A stretch of 59,341 nucleotides of DNA. It comes from Silvanigrellaceae bacterium. Its GTDB lineage: Bacteria; Bdellovibrionota_B; Oligoflexia; Silvanigrellales; Silvanigrellaceae. The notes under the pieces were generated by a model. It was not told where the DNA came from and searched no databases. It saw nothing but the letters and a program-made list of their open reading frames with translations. The stretch lies in NCBI GenBank assembly GCA_044376655.1, contig JBILKQ010000001.1, forward strand, positions 1-59,341. Direction: 5' to 3'. This document shows, piece after piece, positions 27,091 through 36,102 of the stretch (the first letter of the stretch is position 1; each line of letters opens with the position of its first letter). A program made the translations under genes and the position numbers.

Positions 27091-28851
27091 TTAGGAAATC
27101 CGGCTCAGTTCAAAGGGGTAGTTCTCCGTTTCGCACAGATGCTTCGCAATAAGTTTGACTTCGGTATCACGGTTCGCTTTGATGCTGTAAACATTCTGAT
27201 TAATACGGGCTTTTGCATTTCGTACAACCAGTTGCGCCAGCGAAAGTTCGGTGGAGTTCTTTTCCGGGCCGCCACATTTTTCAAGCATTGAGTTTGTGCG
27301 ACAGAGCACCGCCGCGATCATAAAGGTATCAATGGCGATGTCGGCAAGTCGGCAAAGTTGCATCTGTTCGTCGATGAGTCTCTGACCGTACTGACGAATG
27401 AGCTTGCTTGCTGTGTTGGCGAGGGCCTTCGAAGCGTCTGCGAGGCGAGAAACCTCTTTTTCAAGGGCCGGATGGAAGCCTTCAAGTTTTTCGCTCACCA
27501 CAGCATGTTTAACCTGCTGGAAAGCGAACTCAGAGATTACGCCGATTTTGCCAATGGCATCGTTCAACGAATCGAGGTTTCTGATGTTCTGGAGACTTTG
27601 GAGCTCTTTTCCAATTCTCTTGAATTCGCTCGCCGGTTCCTTGAGGCCTGTCATGGCAACGAACATGCGCAGAATTTCGTTTGTTCCCTCAAAGATAATG
27701 CCAATACGTCCATCACGCAGGCGACGCTCCAGACCGTAGTCCTTCATATAACCATTGCCACCGTGAATCTGCATGCCGAGGTTAAGCACGCGCCAGCAAG
27801 CCTCGGTTCCATAGATTTTACAGATGGCGGCTTCAATCGAATAGTCCACATCACCCGCATCGACCAATGCTGTTGTGAAATAGGTCATCGACTCTACGGC
27901 GTAGGCGTGACACGCCATTTCAGTGAGCATGTCCTGAATGACACCGAATTCGGAAATGGAACTCTGGAAAGCTTTACGGTTTTTTGCATATGTCACCGAT
28001 TGATTGAGCACAGCTTTTATAGTTCCCAGAGCTCCCCCCGAAAGACCAAGTCGTCCTTGGTTGAGAATGCCCATCGCGATCTTGAAGCCATCTCCGGGTT
28101 TGCCTAGAACGTTCGATGCAGGAACCTTGACGTCCTTGAAGTAGACTTCAACCGTGCTCGAAGCCTTGATGCCCAACTTGTGTTCTTCAGGGCCATGGCT
28201 CACGCCGCCCATGTCTCGTGTCACCATAATGGCTGTAATCTTGTCCTCACCGTCCACATTTTCTTTCGCAAAAACGGTGAAGAAGTCTGCAAAGCCACCA
28301 TTGGTGATCCAGAGTTTTGAACCATTTAGGATGTAGTGATCACCTTGTCGTACAATCCTTGCCTTGATTCCAGCTGCATCCGAACCAGCCGTGGGTTCAG
28401 TGAGCGCGAAGGCAGCGATCATCTCACCTGTAGCCAACTTTGGCATGTACTTCTTTTTCTGTTCTTCCGTTCCAAAAAGGTAGAGACCCTTGAGGCCGAT
28501 TGACTGGTGCGCACCCACGGTCAGAGTGACGCAGCTTTCATGTTTGTTCATCAACTCCAGCGTGCGGGTGTACAGAGTTTGCGTGAATTCCGATCCGCCG
28601 TAGATTTCCGGAATAATCAAACCAAATAGACCCATCTCTTTCAGGCCGTTGAGGACGTGCTCCGGAATTTTCTTTTCGTCATCGAGTTTCATCGGATCGA
28701 CATGTTCTTTGAGCCAATCACCAATCGATTGTGAAACCAGTCGGAATTCTTCTTCGCGGGGTGTGTTGAAGAAAGGATAATGATGAAGGAGTGACTCCGG
28801 AATCGAGCCATTGAAAACATTCTTCATGAAACTGGTTTTTGTACCACCCAT
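27091..28851 (-). CDS. very-long-chain-type acyl-CoA dehydrogenase (VLCAD/ACAD9-like, 586 aa)
   Basis: Collinear by eye with VLCAD: GAHQSIGLKGLYLFGTEEQKKKYMPKLATGEMIAAFALTEPTAGSDAA, LNGSKLWITNGGFADFFTVFAK, IFEGTNEILRMFVA. Also has the C-terminal ~180-aa extension typical of VLCAD. Confidence 0.88.
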   Translation of the reverse strand: MGGTKTSFMKNVFNGSIPESLLHHYPFFNTPREEEFRLVSQSIGDWLKEHVDPMKLDDEKKIPEHVLNGLKEMGLFGLIIPEIYGGSEFTQTLYTRTLELMNKHESCVTLTVGAHQSIGLKGLYLFGTEEQKKKYMPKLATGEMIAAFALTEPTAGSDAAGIKARIVRQGDHYILNGSKLWITNGGFADFFTVFAKENVDGEDKITAIMVTRDMGGVSHGPEEHKLGIKASSTVEVYFKDVKVPASNVLGKPGDGFKIAMGILNQGRLGLSGGALGTIKAVLNQSVTYAKNRKAFQSSISEFGVIQDMLTEMACHAYAVESMTYFTTALVDAGDVDYSIEAAICKIYGTEACWRVLNLGMQIHGGNGYMKDYGLERRLRDGRIGIIFEGTNEILRMFVAMTGLKEPASEFKRIGKELQSLQNIRNLDSLNDAIGKIGVISEFAFQQVKHAVVSEKLEGFHPALEKEVSRLADASKALANTASKLIRQYGQRLIDEQMQLCRLADIAIDTFMIAAVLCRTNSMLEKCGGPEKNSTELSLAQLVVRNAKARINQNVYSIKANRDTEVKLIAKHLCETENYPFELSRIS

Positions 28852-29039
28852 AGGTGAAGTTCCCCCTGATTTTTTTTCGCAAAGATTCTCTGCGATTCTA
28901 TCACTGTTCCCTGGCCACTGAGCAAATCATATTGAGGGTGCTGTGGCTCTATTGACGTGCCAAACCTTTGTGGATGGTGCGAGGCTTTGCTCCGTTCACG
29001 GTGTTACACTGCTGAGGTAATTGAAGGAGGCCAAAACCA

Positions 29040-30182
29040 ATGACTATGTTTAAATTGAGCGATGAACATCAGGCGATCTTTGAACTGGCGCGCGATTTTG
29101 CGAACAAAGAAGTCTGGCCAAAAGCGCGTGAACTCGATGAGACTGCACGTTTTCCAAACGAACTTTTCGCAAAGGCTCACCAACTTGGGTTATTAAATGC
29201 ATTTGTTCCTGAATCAGTGGGTGGACTCGGTCTGGGTGTGTTTGCACACTCTTTGATCGGAGAAGCTCTTGCAATGGGCAGCGCAGGATTCTGCACGGCT
29301 GCGTTAGCGAATGAGCTCGCTTCAGTGCCCGTGATTTTGGGCGGCAATGAAGCAATCTACAAAGAGTTCCTCGCCCCGATGGTCGATGAGCCCATCATGG
29401 CAGCCTACTGTGTGACTGAACCCGGCGCAGGTTCGGATGTCGCCTCGATCAAAACCACTGCAAAGAGAGTGGGCGACAAATTTATTCTGAATGGATCCAA
29501 AATGTGGATCACCAATGCAGGTCACGCAAAATGGTTTTTCGTTTTGGCAAAGACTGATCCTGCTGCAGGACACAAGGGAATGACCGGCTTCGTTGTTCCT
29601 GCGAACAGCCCCGGCATCATTCTCGGCAAAAAAGAAGACAACATGGGCCAACGCTGCTCAGACACACGTGGCTTGACGTTCGAGAATGTTGAAGTGCCTG
29701 CGCGTTACATGCTCGGTAAGGAAGGTGATGGCTTCCGACTGGCCATGGGGGCATTCGACCGCACACGTCCGGTGGTTGCCAGCGGCGCGGTTGGATTGGC
29801 AGAGCGCGCAATGTTGTGTGCCATCGAGTATGCCAAGCAGCGTACAACTTTCGGCAAGCCGATTGCGGAACACCAAGCCGTGGCGTTCATGATTGCAGAG
29901 ATGGCACGGGACATCGAAGCGAGCCGTTTGCTCGTTTGGAAAGCTGCGAGCGAAATCGACGCTGGACAAAGAAACACCTTTACGGCTTCGATCGCCAAGC
30001 TATTTGCCTCGGATGCCTGCATGCGCATTACGACCGATGCAGTCCAGGTTTTTGGTGGTTATGGCTACAGCCGCGAGTACCCTGTCGAGATGCTGATGCG
30101 TGACGCAAAGATTTTCCAGATTTACGAGGGTACCTCTCAGATCCAGCGATTGATCATTGCTCGCCATTTACTTGAGCAATGA
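29040..30182 (+). CDS. short/medium-chain acyl-CoA dehydrogenase (butyryl-CoA dehydrogenase-like)
   Basis: [77 protein letters not shown] before ATG 29040. Confidence 0.92.
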   Translation: MTMFKLSDEHQAIFELARDFANKEVWPKARELDETARFPNELFAKAHQLGLLNAFVPESVGGLGLGVFAHSLIGEALAMGSAGFCTAALANELASVPVILGGNEAIYKEFLAPMVDEPIMAAYCVTEPGAGSDVASIKTTAKRVGDKFILNGSKMWITNAGHAKWFFVLAKTDPAAGHKGMTGFVVPANSPGIILGKKEDNMGQRCSDTRGLTFENVEVPARYMLGKEGDGFRLAMGAFDRTRPVVASGAVGLAERAMLCAIEYAKQRTTFGKPIAEHQAVAFMIAEMARDIEASRLLVWKAASEIDAGQRNTFTASIAKLFASDACMRITTDAVQVFGGYGYSREYPVEMLMRDAKIFQIYEGTSQIQRLIIARHLLEQ

Positions 30183-30237
30183 TCATGGAGTAGAGGCGGC
30201 AAGGTAGAGAGTTTTCTGGCTGCTTGGGAGAGCTGAA

Positions 30238-30705
30238 ATGGCTGTAGCGCAAAAACCTATCAAACTTGGTTTGGTGGTTTGTCGGTTCAATGAATTAATC
30301 ACACGTCGTCTTGCGGAAGGGGCCCAGGCACTCCTCAAACGTCGGGGCATCAAACTCGAACAAATCGTTGAGGTTGAGGTGCCCGGAGCCTATGAGGCGC
30401 CGCTCGCAGCCCAGTGGCTTGCCGAAACCCACAAGGTTGATGGTGTCGTCGTTCTTGGAGCGGTCATTCGCGGTTCAACCGATCACTATCAGTATGTGTG
30501 CTCCGCTGCTTCGAGCGGGCTCATGAATGTGCAGCTGGCGCGCGGCATCCCCGTTGGCTTCGGTATTTTGACCTGCGACACAATGGAGCAGGCTCTTGAC
30601 CGTGCTGGGGGCAAAGTGGGCAACAAAGGCGCGGAAACCGCGGAAACTGTTTTAGAAATGATCGAAATGAAAAAGGGCTTGAACCGGGCAGGGGGACACG
30701 AATGA
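30238..30705 (+). CDS. ribH: 6,7-dimethyl-8-ribityllumazine synthase
   Basis: RFNELITRRL, VPGAYEAPLAA, VVVLGAVIRGSTDHYQYV, GFGILTCDTMEQALDRAG. Confidence 0.92.
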   Translation: MAVAQKPIKLGLVVCRFNELITRRLAEGAQALLKRRGIKLEQIVEVEVPGAYEAPLAAQWLAETHKVDGVVVLGAVIRGSTDHYQYVCSAASSGLMNVQLARGIPVGFGILTCDTMEQALDRAGGKVGNKGAETAETVLEMIEMKKGLNRAGGHE

Positions 30706-31169
30706 TATCCCCTCTGTCGCGTGCGGCAATGGCCTTGAAGCCAACCCAATTGCGTGAAGCGCGCCGTTTGGCGGTTCAGCTTGTTTATCAGCTTGAAGCG
30801 TCTCAACAAACTTATTTGAGCGACGCGACCTTCGGTGCCTTCCTGGTACAGAACGAGGTTTCATCGGATATCTCTGATTTTATTAAGATAATATCTGAGT
30901 ATGTGATTCGGGAGCAGCAGCAGATCGACGCCTTGATCGAAAAGTCCGCTCTGAACTGGAAGCTGTCGCGTATTGCCAGGGTCGACCTCGCTATCCTCCG
31001 AATTTGCACTGCTGAATTGCTGACGCGCACAGAAGTTCCCAAAGATGTTATAATTTTCGAGGGTGTTGAGCTGGGCAAACAGTTTGGCTCCACAGCTTCG
31101 GGAGGCTTCATCAACGGAGTTCTCGACGCTTTGGCGCGATCGGTTGCCTCGCAGAACAAAACTCCGTGA
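30702..31169 (+). CDS. nusB: transcription antitermination factor NusB
   Basis: Start overlaps the ribH stop (ATGA), giving the classic ribH-nusB pair. Motifs: RLAVQLVYQLE, W.LSRIARVDLAILRICTAELL, INGVLD. Confidence 0.88.
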   Translation: MISPLSRAAMALKPTQLREARRLAVQLVYQLEASQQTYLSDATFGAFLVQNEVSSDISDFIKIISEYVIREQQQIDALIEKSALNWKLSRIARVDLAILRICTAELLTRTEVPKDVIIFEGVELGKQFGSTASGGFINGVLDALARSVASQNKTP

Positions 31170-31204
31170 ATCGCTGAAAAAGAACATCGAGGGGTCGGGG
31201 AGCT

Positions 31205-31993
31205 GTGCAGCGGGAACTTTATCTGTTCAAGACTGAACAACGACTGAACATGTTTCTGAGCGAAATGGCGCGCAACGGTGAGTTGCCCGACTCCGTTCTG
31301 GGGCTAGGCTTTTTTGCGACCCAACCCGCAGTAACAACCCAAGCGGGTGGTGTGACACTCTCGGTCTCCCCTGTATTTCTGAAGGATACGTTGCTAAAAG
31401 CTATTGCTCGCGAAGCCATGTTACCTTTTTCGGCAGATCCGATTTTTCTCGGAGCCACCGATTTTAGCGAAGAGCGCGGAAGGTCCAGGCTTTTGAGGCG
31501 CCGCTCTGATGTTCTGGATGTGCGTTCTATCCGTCGTTGGATTCTCTCGGGCGTTCATCCCTTTTTCATCAATCCCCAACAATCCTCGGGACCTGCGCCT
31601 TGGTGCCTGCGCGAAATCTCTGAATGCCAGGGAATATCCGATGCCGTGGCTGTCATGCTTCGTGAGATGTTTCGCCGGGTATTGAACCTGAGAGCCTCAA
31701 CGGTGGTGCTCGCCCCAGACACCGAAATGCTCGAGACTTATTTCTCGGCACTTGCGCGATGGCGCTTGTCGCAGGGAAATTTTGTGCGTCTTCGGGACTA
31801 TTTGCGTCTCCGGCCCTCGGATCGTATTGAGTTGATATTGAAGGAAATTCTTGTGTGGCTCGTGGAAGAGAGCTTGAACGATCGCGTGACAATGCTCTGC
31901 AGAACAGCCATTGAACACGACCAGTTGGTTTTAGCGTCTCGCTATATTCTAAGAAACACAGCGATTTCTCAGCCGATACAATTTAGGCTTTAG
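31205..31993 (+). CDS. hypothetical protein (262 aa)
   Basis: ORF opening at GTG 31205, 35 nt after nusB, preceded by GGGGAG. No recognisable motif. Confidence 0.5.
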   Translation: MQRELYLFKTEQRLNMFLSEMARNGELPDSVLGLGFFATQPAVTTQAGGVTLSVSPVFLKDTLLKAIAREAMLPFSADPIFLGATDFSEERGRSRLLRRRSDVLDVRSIRRWILSGVHPFFINPQQSSGPAPWCLREISECQGISDAVAVMLREMFRRVLNLRASTVVLAPDTEMLETYFSALARWRLSQGNFVRLRDYLRLRPSDRIELILKEILVWLVEESLNDRVTMLCRTAIEHDQLVLASRYILRNTAISQPIQFRL

Positions 31994-32136
31994 TTTTTAT
32001 AAAATCGTTCAAGCCGTCAGAATCCCTGCCGAAGATGCAATAAGGAGGTAGGGAGCGCTCTTCGATTTGCAGTAAAGTCTGCGGATATTCTGCCGAAGGT
32101 CATGCGCTTCGTGTTTTTAAAGAAAGGAGGTGAACT

Positions 32137-32619
32137 GTGCGCGGCATCCAACTCGTTAGTGTCTCGCCCTCAGGCGCCACCGCTGAGAGCGATGACATCG
32201 TGAAAGATCTAGAGAACTGGTTCGAGGACCATCAGCAAATGTGCCGCTTGATGTCTGTGGCACCAGCCTCTGATGCAGGTGAAGTAGAGTCGAACCTCGA
32301 CAGGCTTAAAGCCTCGGTCGACTCGGGTCACCGTTTGTTTTCAATGCTTAAGAATTCGTACCAAAAGGGTCGTACTCCAACGGCTCAGGTGCATCGTGCA
32401 TCATGCAGCATTCCGTTGTCGGGCATGAACCGCTTCGACGAGAACCGATGTCACACGTCTGCTTCTGCGGGGGCAAATCAAGTGGCATCGAATGTGCGCT
32501 CTGCTCCTGCACCTGCAAGTGTGGGTTTTAGCTCTATGCAAGCCATTCAGCCAGCAGCCGCCTCGGAGCAACCTCGTGTTCAGCCGAGCCGGACGTACCT
32601 GAAAAAATCAGGCAGTTGA
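32137..32619 (+). CDS. hypothetical protein (160 aa), C-terminal half low-complexity
   Basis: Strong AGGAGG SD 6 nt upstream of GTG 32137. No recognisable motif. Confidence 0.55.
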   Translation: MRGIQLVSVSPSGATAESDDIVKDLENWFEDHQQMCRLMSVAPASDAGEVESNLDRLKASVDSGHRLFSMLKNSYQKGRTPTAQVHRASCSIPLSGMNRFDENRCHTSASAGANQVASNVRSAPAPASVGFSSMQAIQPAAASEQPRVQPSRTYLKKSGS

Positions 32620-32676
32620 TTGGAAAATTGCGTAGAAAATTGACTGTCTCGAACCAAGTTTGCATTTGCTCCGCAA

Positions 32677-33501
32677 TTGAATCATCCAGCGAAGGATTTC
32701 TCAGTTGCGGAGCTTGTTTTGATTCGTTTGTTTTCAACTCTTCTGGCGCTCGTCGTTCTTTCTCTAGCCTTGTATCGTGTGTTTCGCCACAGCATCGCTC
32801 CCCAGCTCTCTGCCGGTTCAGAGTTCTCTAAAACTCAGCAGAACCCATCATTCATCCAGCAACAAAAAGCGGGCTGGAAATCAAAACACATATTCACATT
32901 GCCATTGACACACATGGACGGATTGTTACCCGCGTTACGGCGTGGTGACATCGTTGTCCTGGTCCAGCGGCTCACCACGGGCGAAAACTGTGCCTTTGGA
33001 AGTTTTACTTTTCTTGAATCTAGGTCCACGCATTTTGTTTTCAAGGCTATGGCTTCGCGGCGCGCTTCGCAGCTTGAAAATTGGGCACGCCACTCAAGGT
33101 CTCAAATGAAGTGGCAGATTGTAAAACCTACTCCGGATTTGAATTCCCGTCCGTTTATTCAAAAATGTGATCGATGGCTGCCGTTGGAGGGTATGCCCTC
33201 TGAGGTTAGAATGGTTTCCACAAGGAATGAGCTTTTTCTCAGTTCCAAAGAGTTCATCCGCGTGCAGCCTGTTCCAGGTACCAGCTCAGTTTTAGTCAAT
33301 CCTGATCTTATCCGGGGAGGCTGGCGTATAAAATCAACCACGGGCGGATGGCAGCGCTTGTTTGTTCAGAGCGCCCAAAACGGTCTCAAACAACACCTGA
33401 CTGTGCATTTCCCCAGCCCAAGCTCCCGCATCCCTTCCCTTAGAACTCGCACCACACAGCGGCAACTGAGCAAGCCAATCGCACTGCCTGGCTGGGATTG
33501 A
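32677..33501 (+). CDS. hypothetical N-terminally anchored protein (274 aa) with a degenerate prepilin-like leader
   Basis: N-terminus MNHPAKDFSVAELVLIRLFSTLLALVVLSLAL, a single hydrophobic helix with Glu at position +5 after Phe. TTG start without a clear SD, so the start is uncertain. Confidence 0.45.
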   Translation: MNHPAKDFSVAELVLIRLFSTLLALVVLSLALYRVFRHSIAPQLSAGSEFSKTQQNPSFIQQQKAGWKSKHIFTLPLTHMDGLLPALRRGDIVVLVQRLTTGENCAFGSFTFLESRSTHFVFKAMASRRASQLENWARHSRSQMKWQIVKPTPDLNSRPFIQKCDRWLPLEGMPSEVRMVSTRNELFLSSKEFIRVQPVPGTSSVLVNPDLIRGGWRIKSTTGGWQRLFVQSAQNGLKQHLTVHFPSPSSRIPSLRTRTTQRQLSKPIALPGWD

Positions 33502-33566
33502 GTCGTCGACGGGCGTTTGTTACGCTTGCCCGCGATATACGCCAGCCATTTTCAAAGGGAGCTTCC

Positions 33567-34358
33567 ATGACCACATCTCTTGTCCATTTCTCTGAACTCC
33601 AAAAGGGTGTGGGTGTGCTTGAAATCAGTCGTCCTGAGGCACTTAACGCGCTTAACACTGAAGTTCTGCGCCAGCTCTCCGAGCATGTGCACATGCTGAC
33701 GCGCAATCCATCATTGAGCGTCGTTATTCTCAAGAGCAGCGGTGACAAGGCCTTTGTCGCTGGCGCTGACATTAAAGAAATGCTCGATTTCTCACCTGCA
33801 CAGGCTTTCGAATTTTCGAGATTTGGCCAAGCCGTTTTCAATTCCCTCAATCAGCTTCCACAGGTTGTTATTGCCCAAGTGCAAGGCTTCGCGTTGGGCG
33901 GGGGGCTGGAATTGGCGCTCGCTGCCGATTTCATTATCGCATCGCAAAAGGCTAAATTCGGCCTTCCCGAGGTTGGTCTCGGACTCATTCCCGGGTTTGG
34001 CGGAACACAACGTCTGGTCAAAAGACTCGGTCTTGCAAGAGCACTTGAGTGGACAGCCTCAGCTGAGAAATACAACGCTCAAGCGGCCTATGAACTCGGC
34101 CTTGTGAATCGTGTTGTCGAACCTGAGCAACTTGCAAATACAGTTGAATCACTTGCCGCCACAATTGCTGCCCAGGGGCCGCAGGCTGTTCGTGCTGCCA
34201 AACGTGCAGCATGTGCTGCTGACTCTGCGGCAGGAGACTTAGGCTTTGAATTCGAAGGACAACTGTTTGCCGCATGTTTTTCTGGGGTTGAATCCAAAGA
34301 AGGACTTTCCGCATTTGTAGAAAAGCGTAAGCCCGATTTCCGCGCGGCAGTTCGTTGA
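33567..34358 (+). CDS. enoyl-CoA hydratase (crotonase family)
   Basis: RPEALNALN, VVILKSSGDKAFVAGADIKEM, GFALGGGLELALAADFIIAS, FGLPEVGLGLIPGFGGTQRL. AAAGGGA SD before ATG 33567; the ORF-track start 33498 overlaps the previous gene. Confidence 0.88.
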   Translation: MTTSLVHFSELQKGVGVLEISRPEALNALNTEVLRQLSEHVHMLTRNPSLSVVILKSSGDKAFVAGADIKEMLDFSPAQAFEFSRFGQAVFNSLNQLPQVVIAQVQGFALGGGLELALAADFIIASQKAKFGLPEVGLGLIPGFGGTQRLVKRLGLARALEWTASAEKYNAQAAYELGLVNRVVEPEQLANTVESLAATIAAQGPQAVRAAKRAACAADSAAGDLGFEFEGQLFAACFSGVESKEGLSAFVEKRKPDFRAAVR

Positions 34359-34369
34359 GGATTGTTGGA

Positions 34370-34711
34370 ATGATTCCTCTGTTTGGTTTAGTGGGCATGA
34401 AGAGCGAAAAAATTACAGTTGAACTGCGACGCAAGGGTGGTGAGCTGCTGAGAACTTTGAGTTTGCGCAAGGGTACCAACCTCTGGGTAGCTCTTAGACG
34501 TTTCGGAATCCCCGTGGGCTCATCCTGTTCTGGCGTTGGGGTCTGCGGAAAATGCGCCGTTCAGATCGCGCCCGAGTTCGAAGCTCAATTGAGTCCACGC
34601 ACTGATTTGGAAACACAAACGTTGTCCCGGCAGGGCATCGATCCTGCACAAAGGCTTGCTTGCCTGTGCCGTGTTCAGGGCGACGTCGTGGTGAGTGCTG
34701 ATTATTGGTGA
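34370..34711 (+). CDS. 2Fe-2S ferredoxin-like domain protein
   Basis: Cys pattern SSCSGVGVCGKCAV ... RLACLCRV resembles plant-type or fer2 2Fe-2S ligands. GAGGA SD 9 nt upstream of ATG 34370. Confidence 0.65.
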   Translation: MIPLFGLVGMKSEKITVELRRKGGELLRTLSLRKGTNLWVALRRFGIPVGSSCSGVGVCGKCAVQIAPEFEAQLSPRTDLETQTLSRQGIDPAQRLACLCRVQGDVVVSADYW

Positions 34712-34723
34712 GAGATTTCTCTA

Positions 34724-35206
34724 TTACGAGGATTTACGTCCCAGTGCGTTTTCAATCGCATTCTGGGTGTTCTGGGAAGGGCGTGGCAGGGTTGAGATGA
34801 GCTTCTTGAACTCATGATAGACCTGGCTTTCGGTCGGTGAAAGCTGCCGTCTGCGCAAATCCCTGTGCAACATCAAGTGCAATACTTCCAATCCACGTTT
34901 CACGACGTAGAGCACATTCGGTTGGTGGGTTTTGTGGGCATTCAGATACTCACGCGTGTAAGCACCGACCAGCCACTGTCCAACATCCAGAATCGCAACT
35001 CTGTAGTCGTTTGCTTCCTCTTGAAACTGGGATTGGAACGCATTGCCGATCAGAGAGGAGATGGTCTCGAAGTCTCTGTCGCTCTGGAAGACCAGCGGCT
35101 CATCCTGCTTAGGCTGTCCAAAAAGTTTCAGCGCGAGCGAAATGCGTTCGCTCGAATTCCGATAAATTTCCTTAATTGTCTTCTTTTTGTCAGCCGCTGA
35201 TGTCAT
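34724..35206 (-). CDS. hypothetical protein (160 aa), co-transcribed with the bactofilin
   Basis: ATG 35206 is 18 nt after the bactofilin stop, with a GAGAGG SD 5 nt upstream. No recognisable motif. Confidence 0.6.
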   Translation of the reverse strand: MTSAADKKKTIKEIYRNSSERISLALKLFGQPKQDEPLVFQSDRDFETISSLIGNAFQSQFQEEANDYRVAILDVGQWLVGAYTREYLNAHKTHQPNVLYVVKRGLEVLHLMLHRDLRRRQLSPTESQVYHEFKKLISTLPRPSQNTQNAIENALGRKSS

Positions 35207-35224
35207 TCGAACCTCTCATTTTCA

Positions 35225-35689
35225 TCAGACAGCTATCTGAGTTGTATCCTCAGCGGAGGATTCAGTTGAATCGGCCTCGCGCTGGGAATTCAATTCTGTG
35301 GGCGTGAGATAAGAAACGCGCCCTTCAATTCTTGCACCATCCTCAACAACCAATCTTTTTGCTGTGAGATCTCCATAGACGCGTGCCGTCGGGCTGAGTC
35401 TGAGAAGGTCAGTGGCTCTGAGATTGCCATCGATACGACCATTGAGAAGAACCACGACGCCGTTGAGGTCGCCGGTGATGACCGCCGATTCTTCGACCGT
35501 CAGAATTCCATCGCAAATGACCGAGCCTTCGACGTGACCGCCCACGCGAGATTCTCCCTGAAGGAACATTTTTCCTTGGAAGCTGCAACCATCAGCAAGC
35601 ATAGAAATACCACGTGCGCGAGACTTTGTCGTGGTGGTTTCCGCTTGTCGAGTAATTGTGTTCTCAGATGTTTGTTTCTTTGAAAACAC
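35225..35689 (-). CDS. bactofilin (DUF583 polymer-forming cytoskeletal protein)
   Basis: Beta-helical repeat core FQGKMFLQGESRVGGHVEGSVICDGILTVEESAVITGDLNGVVVLLNGRIDGNLRATDLLRLSPTARVYGDLTAKRLVVEDGARIEGRV. GTG 35689 has an AGGAG SD 6 nt upstream and yields (M)FSKKQTS. That matches the short N-terminal membrane-targeting peptide common in bactofilins. The ORF-track start 35800 is probably too long. Confidence 0.85.
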   Translation of the reverse strand: MFSKKQTSENTITRQAETTTTKSRARGISMLADGCSFQGKMFLQGESRVGGHVEGSVICDGILTVEESAVITGDLNGVVVLLNGRIDGNLRATDLLRLSPTARVYGDLTAKRLVVEDGARIEGRVSYLTPTELNSQREADSTESSAEDTTQIAV

Positions 35690-36057
35690 GACGAACTCCT
35701 GCAAAATGAATTCTGTTCCGTCGACAGACCTCAGTTTGAGTCTACTGCTCCTGAGCTCGAGGGGAGGTGAAAGAAGTGTCTCAAGACAATCCGGTGACAC
35801 CCAACATGAATACGCGAAATTTCCCAGGTGATTGGCTAGGCCGCTCGCTCACTCTCGCACCCGTGACACTCCTCAGGCTGCGTCACATCGAGAAGATGCA
35901 TGGGGCAGCAAAGCGAGCTTCAAGGACGTGCGGTTGTCAGAAGGAATCGAGATTTCCATCGCCGGCCGAACGCGCCATTGTCTGGGGAGTTGTTCAACCT
36001 GTCGGTCCTGTGAGGCAGGTTCTTTTGTCTACTCCCTGTCGCCTGTTACCCTTTGCT

Positions 36058-36073
36058 TGGCTGGTTCTTTGCC
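36058..36073 (+). promoter_or_regulatory. candidate sigma-54 (-24/-12) promoter TGGCTGGTTCTTTGCC
   Basis: GG (36059-60) and GC (36071-72) are separated by exactly 10 nt. It matches TGGC..G....TTGC of the consensus TGGCACG-N4-TTGCW and lies ~30 nt upstream of ATG 36103. An overlapping extended -10-like TGGTATATT sits at 36081-36089. Confidence 0.3.
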
Positions 36074-36102
36074 CAAACGGTGGTATATTCTCGTGGGCTG
36101 AG

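Noticed and set aside
35195-35225. A GGTTCGAA (T-loop-like) string on the minus strand, suggesting a tRNA.
   Set aside because: The flanks cannot form a T-stem or acceptor stem. The string spans the RBS and start codon of the 34724-35206 ORF. I saw no tRNA-like cloverleaf anywhere in the window.
35767-36102. The 5' two-fifths of the 244-aa ORF, and the 89-aa ORF at 35832-36101, as coding sequence.
   Set aside because: The composition is Arg/Cys/Trp/Pro-rich, there is no RBS, and both overlap the bactofilin upstream region. Better explained as non-coding control DNA.
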